Part shown: in pieces, positions 1 to 5,145 of the stretch
Position numbering within the stretch: position 1 is the stretch's first letter
How the letters are laid out: each line of letters opens with the position of its first letter
Origin: a virus
Taxonomy: Duplodnaviria; Heunggongvirae; Uroviricota; Caudoviricetes
Length of the DNA: 5,145 bases
Direction: 5' to 3' (one strand)
IMG/VR virus record: IMGVR_UViG_2778261065_000001
Span: 1-5,145 of that record
Position numbers and translations under genes: made by a program
The notes under the pieces: generated by a model
The model's input: the letters and a program-made list of their open reading frames with translations, nothing else
What the model was told of the DNA's origin: nothing
Database searches by the model: none

Positions 1-94
1 TTTCAGGGAAGTAATCCATTTCGACTATAACTGACAGGTCATCACGACGTATGACTGCGTATTTGCAACTAAATAGTTTCTTTATTTTTTCCAC
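1..94 (-). CDS. Hypothetical protein, 5' fragment only; gene continues beyond the left window edge
   Basis: Minus-strand frame open from a GTG at 94..92 to position 1 (VEKIKKLFSCKYAVIRRDDLSVIVEMDYFPE...), with GGAGG at 103..99 just upstream (spacer only 4 nt). In-frame stop at 151..149 limits any upstream extension. Too short in-window for the ORF track; no family recognised. Confidence 0.25.
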   Translation of the reverse strand, partial: MEKIKKLFSCKYAVIRRDDLSVIVEMDYFPE

Positions 95-177
95 GATGCC
101 TCCGAGTTTATAAGTACAAACGGTTATATCCACATAGAGACAAAAATATTAATCTGAAAAATATTTATTTCACGCCG

Positions 178-244
178 TATATTTGATTATTTAATGTGCA
201 GGTACAATGACTTTTATTTTTTGTTGTGTATATAATCAAATATA
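178..244. repeat. 13-bp perfect inverted repeat (TATATTTGATTAT / ATAATCAAATATA) with 41-bp spacer in AT-rich intergenic DNA
   Basis: Read directly: 178..190 tatatttgattat is the exact reverse complement of 232..244 ataatcaaatata. The right arm contains a consensus TATAAT (231..236, plus strand). Confidence 0.6.
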
Positions 245-279
245 TGGTTATTTTTCACCCTGCGCATTCAGCGCGCAAC

Positions 280-300
280 AAAAAACCCGCCGAAGCGGGT
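280..300 (-). terminator. Intrinsic terminator of the hok transcript
   Basis: On the minus strand: stem CCCGC / GCGGG (300..296 and 291..287) with a UUCG tetraloop, followed by a run of 7 U (286..280). Sits ~70 nt downstream of the hok stop. Confidence 0.8.
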
Positions 301-368
301 TTAGTGCGGGTGCGTTGAGGATGCCTGACACATGAGAGGTGGCGAGGGATTTCCCCCCGCCTGGTCTC

Positions 369-524
369 TTACTCCTCAGGTTCGTAAGCTGTGAAGACAG
401 CGACCTCCGTCTGGCCGGTTCGGATTCGTACCTCGCAGAGGTCTTTCCTCGTTACCAGTGCCGTCACTATGACGGTTAAACAGATGACGATCAGGGCGAT
501 TAACATCGCCTTTTGCTGCTTCAT
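369..524 (-). CDS. hok: Hok/Gef-family type I toxin (small membrane peptide), 51 aa
   Basis: ATG at 524..522, stop TAA 371..369. Product MKQQKAMLIALIVICLTVIVTALVTRKDLCEVRIRTGQTEVAVFTAYEPEE matches the Hok/Gef pattern (hydrophobic TM helix, conserved ...RKDLCEV.IR.G..EVAVF.AYE) and is near-identical to HokD/RelF as I recall it. AAGGAG lies 9 nt upstream. Confidence 0.9.
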   Translation of the reverse strand: MKQQKAMLIALIVICLTVIVTALVTRKDLCEVRIRTGQTEVAVFTAYEPEE

Positions 525-581
525 AGCCTGCTTCTCCTTGCCTTTCGGCACGTAAGAGGCTAACCTACATTTGTGAGACAT
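369..581 (-). CDS. mok: Mok-like in-frame leader ORF overlapping hok (modulator of killing), 70 aa
   Basis: Six-frame ORF 369..581; ATG at 581..579 preceded by GAGG at 593..590. The N-terminal extension MSHKCRLASYVPKGKEKQA resembles the MokC extension (MLNTCRVPLTDRKVKEKRA) as I remember it. Its start region is exactly where the predicted Sok RNA is antisense. Confidence 0.6.
   Translation of the reverse strand: MSHKCRLASYVPKGKEKQAMKQQKAMLIALIVICLTVIVTALVTRKDLCEVRIRTGQTEVAVFTAYEPEE
538..566 (+). promoter_or_regulatory. Putative sok promoter (-35 TTGCCT 538..543, 17-bp spacer, -10 TAACCT 561..566)
   Basis: Hexamers read on the plus strand, antisense to the hok start region. Same arrangement as the R1 sok promoter, which is embedded opposite the hok RBS. 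Predicted TSS about 573..575. Confidence 0.45.
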
Positions 582-645
582 AGATTGGGCCTCAGATTAA
601 TGTTAAGCGTCTTGCAGGACGCGTAATGTTAACTGGGGCTTTTCT
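573..645 (+). ncRNA. sok: Sok-like antisense RNA (type I antitoxin), about 70 nt
   Basis: Predicted from the promoter at 538..566. Single-stranded 5' tail about 573..588, then a long imperfect hairpin 589..639 (outer stem GCCUCAG/CUGGGGC with one G-U; inner stem closing on loop UUGCAG 612..617), then UUUUCU at 640..645. Antisense to the mok SD and start codon. Confidence 0.5.
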
Positions 646-692
646 CTGTCTGCCTTACAGTGGCATGCCCGAGGCAGACAGCCTCAAGCACC

Positions 693-712
693 CGCAGCAA
701 TCTTACCGATAC
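693..712 (-). promoter_or_regulatory. Putative hok/mok promoter: -10 TAAGAT (705..700), TSS near 693
   Basis: TAAGAT lies 6 nt upstream of GGGUGCUUGAGG (693..682), which resembles the 5' end of R1 hok mRNA and pairs with the 3' fbi element. No convincing -35 hexamer found. Confidence 0.35.
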
Positions 713-862
713 CGATAAGAAAACGCTATTTTTTATTGCCAGCACCTTCTATCCAGGCTAATTTATCTGCGTCAGAACGGCGCAATGCGCTCGCCTGAGA
801 TACGTTTACTTGCCATGGTAACAACAGATAACGGCAATTGTTGTTTCTGTTTTGTTTCCTTC

Positions 863-893
863 AAAAACCCCGGACCATCAATCCGGGGTTTTT
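863..893. terminator. Bidirectional intrinsic terminator between the phage operon and the hok cassette
   Basis: Stem CCCCGGA (868..874) / TCCGGGG (882..888), 7-nt loop, flanked by AAAAA (863..867) and TTTTTGTTTG (889..898). Gives a U-tract in either direction. About 85 nt downstream of the DUF551-like stop. Confidence 0.65.
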
Positions 894-978
894 GTTTGTT
901 ATCCCCAGCGGCAAATCGAATACACCATCAGCGCCACCGCCATTGCGATTCCTGCCGTTGTGAACGCTTCAGGCCAGG

Positions 979-1551
979 TCATTGATTCACCTCCTGCGGT
1001 GGTTCCGGTAGCGGCATCCAGTGAGTTGCCTGCTCAATACCATTACCCGGCTTAATCGTTGCTTCTCCTCGCCGGAATGTGCTTCCTGTATAGCGTGCGG
1101 AGCATATTAGCGGTTCAACCAGAGAGCTATCGAAATTCACCGAAATAAGCACGTTCTGGCCCTTTTCAGGCATTCGATCACTACAGCTTATCCAACTATC
1201 CGGAGTTCCCGGAGTTGGTCCATCGAATTCGGGCATGTCAGGACCTTTTCTGATAGCTTTAGCCAGCTCCAGCGGGTCATCGTAAAGCCAGTCGCCAGTT
1301 TGTGGGTGATTTGCTTCTGCAAGCTGCGCAGCCCATTCAAGACCATCTTTTTGACCTTGGAGATAATCAAGCGGCAACTCTTCATGATTACTTGCAGGTT
1401 CTGCACTATCAGCTTCGCGCCGCTTCTGTAGCTCTGCTGCCATCGCTCTCACGACTTCAACTGGTGCCCTTGCAGCAAACTCTATGTTGGTGATCAGCTC
1501 ATTAAGATATTGCTCGCTGGGATACTGTTTCTTATCGGTTATAGTGGTCAT
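979..1551 (-). CDS. DUF551-like phage protein, 190 aa
   Basis: ATG 1551..1549 with AAGGTG 8 nt upstream; stop TGA 981..979. C-terminal region DSWISCSDRMPE ... ATHWMPLPEPP matches the DUF551 signature as I recall it (WIS..DRLPE ... THWMPLPEPP). Confidence 0.75.
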   Translation of the reverse strand: MTTITDKKQYPSEQYLNELITNIEFAARAPVEVVRAMAAELQKRREADSAEPASNHEELPLDYLQGQKDGLEWAAQLAEANHPQTGDWLYDDPLELAKAIRKGPDMPEFDGPTPGTPDSWISCSDRMPEKGQNVLISVNFDSSLVEPLICSARYTGSTFRRGEATIKPGNGIEQATHWMPLPEPPQEVNQ

Positions 1552-1553
1552 AG

Positions 1554-1745
1554 CTATTTCACCTTAATCTCAACATTTCGCAGCTTTAGCTCTACTGGCA
1601 GGTCTGACTTTCCGGTTAATGCTAATGCGAGATTTTCTGGAGTAATGAGAGCCGTTATTGTTTTCCCCATCGACAGACGAATAATCATTCGTATCTCGCG
1701 ATCGTCACATGCTCCCGGTCGAACAATTGAGATTTGTCCGTTCAT
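1554..1745 (-). CDS. Hypothetical small phage protein, 63 aa
   Basis: ATG 1745..1743 with AAGGAG 6 nt upstream; 1 nt after the upstream gene's stop; stop TAG 1556..1554 lies 2 nt before the next ATG. No family recognised. Confidence 0.65.
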   Translation of the reverse strand: MNGQISIVRPGACDDREIRMIIRLSMGKTITALITPENLALALTGKSDLPVELKLRNVEIKVK

Positions 1746-1746
1746 C

Positions 1747-2151
1747 TCACTCTCCTTTGATGCGAATGCCAGCGACGCGTAGTGCGTGTTCTAAGTCAAT
1801 CAGGCAAAGCCAGCTGCCATTTTCTTTAGGTATCATGACATGTCGCTTATCAGCATTTATTGGGTGCCCATATCGAAGGTCGTAGCGAGTCGGTAATTGA
1901 ACTTCCCTCGCTTCCAGTTCTGTAATGCGTCTGTCTTTAGCTTCTATTTCATCCAGCAGTGCCAGCACGGTTTCTGGTCCGGCCAGAAATTTGAAGGCGT
2001 TGAGCGCATCAATATCCACACCGTAATCTTTAAGTTCCTGTTCACTTATCAGATCATCATCAACTGGCAACATTAACAGGCGTTCCATTGCCGGAATTGC
2101 ACGTTCTGCCGCCTCACGCAGCGCCAGTGTGTCGATGTCGATTTTGCTCAT
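1747..2151 (-). CDS. Ead/Ea22-like phage protein, 134 aa
   Basis: Preferred start ATG 2151..2149 (GGAGG, 4-nt spacer), overlapping the upstream stop as ATGA. The ORF-track start at 2175 would overlap the upstream gene by 28 nt. N-terminus MSKIDIDTLALREAAERA and motif VLALLDEIEAKDRRITELEA resemble Ead/Ea22-like prophage proteins. Confidence 0.7.
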   Translation of the reverse strand: MSKIDIDTLALREAAERAIPAMERLLMLPVDDDLISEQELKDYGVDIDALNAFKFLAGPETVLALLDEIEAKDRRITELEAREVQLPTRYDLRYGHPINADKRHVMIPKENGSWLCLIDLEHALRVAGIRIKGE

Positions 2152-2381
2152 TGTGCCTCCTCGATTTCGTCCCATTCCACCCAGGCATTCTCTCCATCAG
2201 CATCGATTTCACCTTTGTGACCGCATTTGGAACAAACGGCCTCATCACCCGCCCACAAAGAATCTTTGGTTACCGACCATCCTGTTACCTTGGCTTTGCC
2301 GTGCTGGCACTTAGGGCAATCATCAAGCCATTCGACTTCGACCGTTGAAGGACCAAATCCATGTTCAGTTCGGATGCTCAT
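2148..2381 (-). CDS. Small zinc-ribbon protein (CxxC...CxxC), 77 aa
   Basis: Preferred start ATG 2381..2379 with AAGGAG 7 nt upstream, overlapping the upstream stop as ATGA. The track's 118-aa ORF starts at a TTG (2504) with no SD and overlaps the upstream gene. Product MSIRTEHGFGPSTVEVEWLDDCPKCQHGKAKVTGWSVTKDSLWAGDEAVCSKCGHKGE... has two CxxC pairs 23 residues apart. Confidence 0.7.
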   Translation of the reverse strand: MSIRTEHGFGPSTVEVEWLDDCPKCQHGKAKVTGWSVTKDSLWAGDEAVCSKCGHKGEIDADGENAWVEWDEIEEAQ

Positions 2382-2584
2382 GACTGAACTCCTTTGCGAA
2401 TCTGTTCCGCACAATGCAGCAGGGCGTCCGTCGCTTCTTTCACCGTAACGATGTCGCCATCGTCCAGTCCTGCAATTTTTGCGTGCCTGACAAACGCCGC
2501 GCAAAGGTCGTTAAACGCCCCTGCCCGCACATCCGCCAGGAAAGCGTTGGCAGCAGCCAATTCTTGGTAGTCAATCCCGCTCAC
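2378..2584 (-). CDS. Hypothetical small phage protein, 68 aa (GTG start)
   Basis: Preferred start GTG 2584..2582 with GGAGG 7 nt upstream, overlapping the upstream stop TGA (2583..2581) as GTGA. The track's 91-aa ORF begins at an upstream GTG (2653) that would overlap the preceding gene by 73 nt. No family recognised. Confidence 0.55.
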   Translation of the reverse strand: MSGIDYQELAAANAFLADVRAGAFNDLCAAFVRHAKIAGLDDGDIVTVKEATDALLHCAEQIRKGVQS

Positions 2585-3003
2585 TGTGCCACCTCCTGAA
2601 AATTCCCCTGATAAAACGCCAGCACGCGCTGCATAACTTCGCTCTTCCTGCACTCGCGACAGATTATGTTCAGACGCCTGTCGTAGCGGCGTATTTCTCC
2701 GTCTGGTAATGACCAGATAAGGTCCGGATCAACCACAACCGTTTTTTTCACCTTTGCCCTGGATAGTTTTTTGCGGGCGTTTTGCCAGTCCTTACGCGCC
2801 TGCTCAGACGGGAATAATCCGTAGCCTGAATTGTAAACATCACCACTGGCGACCAGTTCTCTGGCGAGAGTGCTTATGTAATACCTTGATGCACCGGTTT
2901 TAACCTCCAGAGCCCGTAACGTCTCGCGACCGCTCAGACGTACAAGTTCAACAACCTGCCCTTTAATTTTTTCTCGCTCTTCTGGTGTAAATACTTTTGC
3001 CAT
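2581..3003 (-). CDS. Hypothetical phage protein, 140 aa
   Basis: Preferred start ATG 3003..3001 with GGAGG 5 nt upstream; the track ORF start at 3018 is a TTG. Stop TGA 2583..2581. N-terminal region VELVRLSGRETLRALEVKTGASRYYISTLAREL looks HTH-like (inference); C-terminus has one CxxC. No family assigned. Confidence 0.7.
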   Translation of the reverse strand: MAKVFTPEEREKIKGQVVELVRLSGRETLRALEVKTGASRYYISTLARELVASGDVYNSGYGLFPSEQARKDWQNARKKLSRAKVKKTVVVDPDLIWSLPDGEIRRYDRRLNIICRECRKSEVMQRVLAFYQGNFQEVAQ

Positions 3004-3018
3004 AGGTGCCTCCGGCAA

Positions 3019-3780
3019 TCACTTTTCCGACACAATACGACTGGAGGAATCGAAAATATGTCGAACAATATCCCGGTGCTTGTTCAGCTCCCGCAGCGCG
3101 GCGCAGATTCGCTCCCACTTCTGGACATGATTTTTCGCCCGACGCAGTTCGCGGTTTGCCATATGCAGCGATGGTAAAACCAGGTCATCCGCTCGCGTTT
3201 CAGTAAACGATGGCAGCGACTGCACAATGTCCGCCACCGTTTCTGTTTTAATATCTTCCTGTGTTGCAGCCTCCTGTACTGGTAACGCAACACCTGTGGG
3301 CTGAGGAAAGGCCTTACCATCAGTTTCCGCTACCGATGCTGCTTTCGGCTCTGCTGGTAAATTATCGCCCGGTATGCAGTAACGAAATTTACCGTTCTGG
3401 TTTACGCGAATCAGGCGTCCTTTGCTGATAGCCATTGCCAGCGTTGAAGCTACTTTGCGTGATGTGGTACCGAACAATGTAGCCAACTCATCCGCCGTTT
3501 GTGGCCCACGTTGTTCAATCGCCGCAGTTAAATCGCACTCCGAAATTTTCGCGACTGTTGCCGTGGTGGTTTCTTCCGGCAGTTCTGCCTGCTCTGGCTG
3601 TTCCTGCTGAACGTTGTTATCAGCCACACGCCAGGTGTACGCGCTTTTATCAACAAAACCAGCCTTTTTCAGTTCCCACAGCTCGTTCAGTACCTCTTCA
3701 CGACTGATATCAAGTCGCGCAGCCAGTTCTACCGACGTGGCTTTTCCCATTGCTTTCAGTGCGTCAAAAACAGTCTCCAT
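3019..3780 (-). CDS. Phage protein with two predicted winged-helix-like segments, 253 aa
   Basis: Preferred start ATG 3780..3778 with GGGAGG 8 nt upstream, 22 nt after the DnaC-like stop. The track start at 3831 would overlap the DnaC-like gene by 29 nt. Segments [28 protein letters not shown] and [31 protein letters not shown] look like winged-helix motifs, separated by a Q/E/P/T-rich linker. Fold assignment is inference. Confidence 0.7.
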   Translation of the reverse strand: METVFDALKAMGKATSVELAARLDISREEVLNELWELKKAGFVDKSAYTWRVADNNVQQEQPEQAELPEETTTATVAKISECDLTAAIEQRGPQTADELATLFGTTSRKVASTLAMAISKGRLIRVNQNGKFRYCIPGDNLPAEPKAASVAETDGKAFPQPTGVALPVQEAATQEDIKTETVADIVQSLPSFTETRADDLVLPSLHMANRELRRAKNHVQKWERICAALRELNKHRDIVRHIFDSSSRIVSEK

Positions 3781-3802
3781 TAAAATTTCCTCCCGGTAAA
3801 AA

Positions 3803-4549
3803 TCACTTCGCAATTCCTGGCTGGACGACATTCGGACGCCAGCTCTCCCAGTTAAAATTCACCCATCGCCCGCCGTTCATGGTCATGCGATCCATAATCC
3901 TCTCGCCGAGCAATGTTTTCATGGCCTCATAGTTCAGGTTTGTCAGCATCCCCACGCTGCGCATCGACGCTGTCCGGCGATCAACAATCTGGTGCAGCAC
4001 CACCTGCTCGTTTTTTGTCTCGCGCTGAATGCCAATTTCATCAAGAACCAGCAGATCCACTTCGCACAGCTCCCGCAAAAATTTTTCGCCTGACTGCCCG
4101 TCGTCATAGCTGGCGTGCAGGGCGCTCATAACATCAGCCACGGTAACCACAATCACTGTCTGACCGTCTTTCAGCAGGCGATTCCCGATAGCTGCCGCTA
4201 AGTGATTCTTCCCGGTACCAGGTTTTCCGCTGAACGCAAAATTTGTACACCCGGTCATCAGTTCATCGGTGATGGATTTCGCCTGGCTTAACGCGTATCG
4301 CTGGCCGTCGTTCTGCACCTGGTAATTCGCAAACGAGCATTTACGGTGCAACGGCTGGATGCCAGAGCGATTCAGAATTTTTTCCACCCGCAACTGATGA
4401 TTCAGGCGGTTGATCTCCTCGCAACGTTTCTGGCCTTCAGCAAGTTGCCACTCACGCCACTCCGCAACCGTTCTGAATGGGGCGGTTACATGTGGTGGGG
4501 TCAGTCTGCGGATACGCTCCAGAACGCCGCCTGTCGCAATATTTTTCAT
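3803..4549 (-). CDS. DnaC-like replicative helicase loader (phage P-like AAA+ ATPase), 248 aa
   Basis: ATG 4549..4547, stop TGA 3805..3803. Walker [18 protein letters not shown] and Walker [10 protein letters not shown]. End-to-end resemblance to E. coli DnaC (245 aa; e.g. CSFENY / [16 protein letters not shown] / MLTNSN..LLGERVMDRM), recalled from memory. Confidence 0.9.
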   Translation of the reverse strand: MKNIATGGVLERIRRLTPPHVTAPFRTVAEWREWQLAEGQKRCEEINRLNHQLRVEKILNRSGIQPLHRKCSFANYQVQNDGQRYALSQAKSITDELMTGCTNFAFSGKPGTGKNHLAAAIGNRLLKDGQTVIVVTVADVMSALHASYDDGQSGEKFLRELCEVDLLVLDEIGIQRETKNEQVVLHQIVDRRTASMRSVGMLTNLNYEAMKTLLGERIMDRMTMNGGRWVNFNWESWRPNVVQPGIAK

Positions 4550-4555
4550 GGTCTG

Positions 4556-5145
4556 TTACCCCCTGAAGCCTGGCGGGATCGCACTGTCCGGCAACGAGAC
4601 GGTGTTAACCTGTCGGAGCAACGTCTCAGGCCGAACACCTTTCGGTGCGAACAAGCCCTGGTATTCATTGGCGATGCTGTGTCGAATCACCTGCTCAGGT
4701 GTAAAACCCTGCTGACGGAATTTTTCCAGTTCCCGTATCGCCCCGTTAGCGCCCTGCTCCGTTCGAATCGGTTTTCGCAATGCCTGTCTGAACCGGACCC
4801 ACTCATGCCAGAGTGTTTCCGGCAACCAATCAGGCAGCTCAATAGCCTCCGGCTCGAATTTTTTAGACGCTCGTTTTTGGCGAGGGGGATTTAGGGGGAG
4901 ATCAGTATTTAGATCTTCCTCTTCCTCTTCCTCTGGTAACGCTTTTTGATCCGTTTGTGTAACGCTGGCAGCGTTACCTTTTCGTTTCAGTTCGCGTATT
5001 TTTGTAACTCGCTCGTTTGTAACCGCCCGTTTTTTAGAGCTTTTTCCGTTATGACGTTCAAAGTTAGGTAGAGAAAGCCCAACGTCATTTTCGACCAGCC
5101 ATCCAACCTGAATTAACGCATCAGCAAAACCAGCCATAAAAGTGA
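4556..5145 (-). CDS. Replication initiator / replisome-organizer-like protein with C-terminal DnaT-like domain; probably 5'-truncated by the window edge
   Basis: ORF 4556..5137 (193 aa in window), stop TAA 4558..4556, 6 nt before the DnaC-like start. C-terminus RQVNTVSLPDSAIPPGFRG closely matches the C-terminus of E. coli DnaT (..RDVNTVSEPDSQIPPGFRG). No in-frame stop or SD in the 8 nt upstream of the first ATG (5137), and the gene holds iteron-like repeats, so the true start is probably outside the window. Confidence 0.8.
   Translation of the reverse strand, partial: TFMAGFADALIQVGWLVENDVGLSLPNFERHNGKSSKKRAVTNERVTKIRELKRKGNAASVTQTDQKALPEEEEEEDLNTDLPLNPPRQKRASKKFEPEAIELPDWLPETLWHEWVRFRQALRKPIRTEQGANGAIRELEKFRQQGFTPEQVIRHSIANEYQGLFAPKGVRPETLLRQVNTVSLPDSAIPPGFRG
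4936..5023. repeat. Iteron-like cluster: five GTAAC/GTTAC motifs in 88 bp, including a 19-bp perfect palindrome
   Basis: Plus-strand GTAAC at 4936, 4959, 5004, 5019 and GTTAC at 4973. 4959..4977 = GTAACGCTG-G-CAGCGTTAC (9-bp arms, 1-bp spacer). Several copies are preceded by CGTTTG on the plus strand. Lies inside the initiator-like gene. Confidence 0.45.

Noticed and set aside
785-985. 66-aa plus-strand ORF (and overlapping 67-aa ORF 852..1055)
   Set aside because: Runs straight through the terminator hairpin at 868..888; Cys/His-rich low-complexity translation; no RBS. Judged spurious.
1188-1493. 72-aa minus and 63-aa plus ORFs nested inside the DUF551-like gene
   Set aside because: Alternative frames within a well-supported gene; no independent RBS or family resemblance.
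2148-2504. 118-aa ORF as given in the six-frame track
   Set aside because: Its first codon is a TTG with no SD and it would overlap the upstream gene by about 120 nt. The internal ATG at 2381 has AAGGAG and a classic ATGA stop-start overlap, so the shorter 77-aa product is preferred.
2378-2653. 91-aa ORF as given in the six-frame track
   Set aside because: Starts at a GTG that overlaps the preceding gene by 73 nt. The in-frame GTG at 2584 with a GGAGG SD and GTGA overlap is the more plausible start.
3084-3320. 78-aa minus-strand ORF inside the winged-helix gene in another frame
   Set aside because: Arg/Cys/His-rich translation typical of an out-of-frame read through a coding region; no RBS.
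3019-3831. 270-aa version of the winged-helix protein (ATG at 3831)
   Set aside because: It would overlap the 3' end of the DnaC-like gene by 29 nt and has a poorer RBS than the ATG at 3780 (GGGAGG, 8-nt spacer).
3803-4549. Possibility that the AAA+ gene is an IS21 IstB transposition helper rather than a DnaC-like loader
   Set aside because: Motifs and length match DnaC closely, there is no adjacent IstA-like transposase or inverted repeats, and it is paired with a DnaT-domain gene in a phage-like operon.
4346-4894. 182-aa plus-strand ORF (and nested 101-aa ORF 4410..4715) spanning the junction of the DnaC-like and initiator genes
   Set aside because: Entirely antisense to two minus-strand genes with strong family signatures; no convincing RBS; no recognisable domain. 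Most likely a chance open frame.
1-5145. Search for CRISPR repeats, tRNA/rRNA genes, integrase or att-like direct repeats
   Set aside because: No regularly spaced direct repeats, no cloverleaf-compatible segment and no recombinase-like ORF were seen; prophage boundaries are evidently outside this window.

Overview
The window looks like part of an E. coli-type lambdoid prophage, with essentially all coding on the minus strand. From right to left: a replication module (a DnaT-domain initiator-like gene that runs off the right edge and carries an iteron-like repeat cluster, then a DnaC-like helicase loader); a tightly packed, translationally coupled run of seven phage genes (tandem winged-helix protein, 140-aa, 68-aa and 77-aa zinc-ribbon unknowns, an Ead/Ea22-like protein, a 63-aa unknown, a DUF551-like protein); a bidirectional terminator; and an apparently intact hok/mok/sok type I toxin-antitoxin cassette with its own promoter, Sok antisense hairpin, fbi/tac end-complementarity and a UUCG-loop terminator. 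The leftmost ~280 bp is AT-rich, holds a 13-bp perfect inverted repeat and the 5' end of another minus-strand gene. No rRNA, tRNA, CRISPR array or transposase was seen. Novelty cannot be proven from sequence alone; the best candidates for undescribed function are the coupled small ORFs between the replication genes and hok. All homology statements are from memory of protein families, not database searches.
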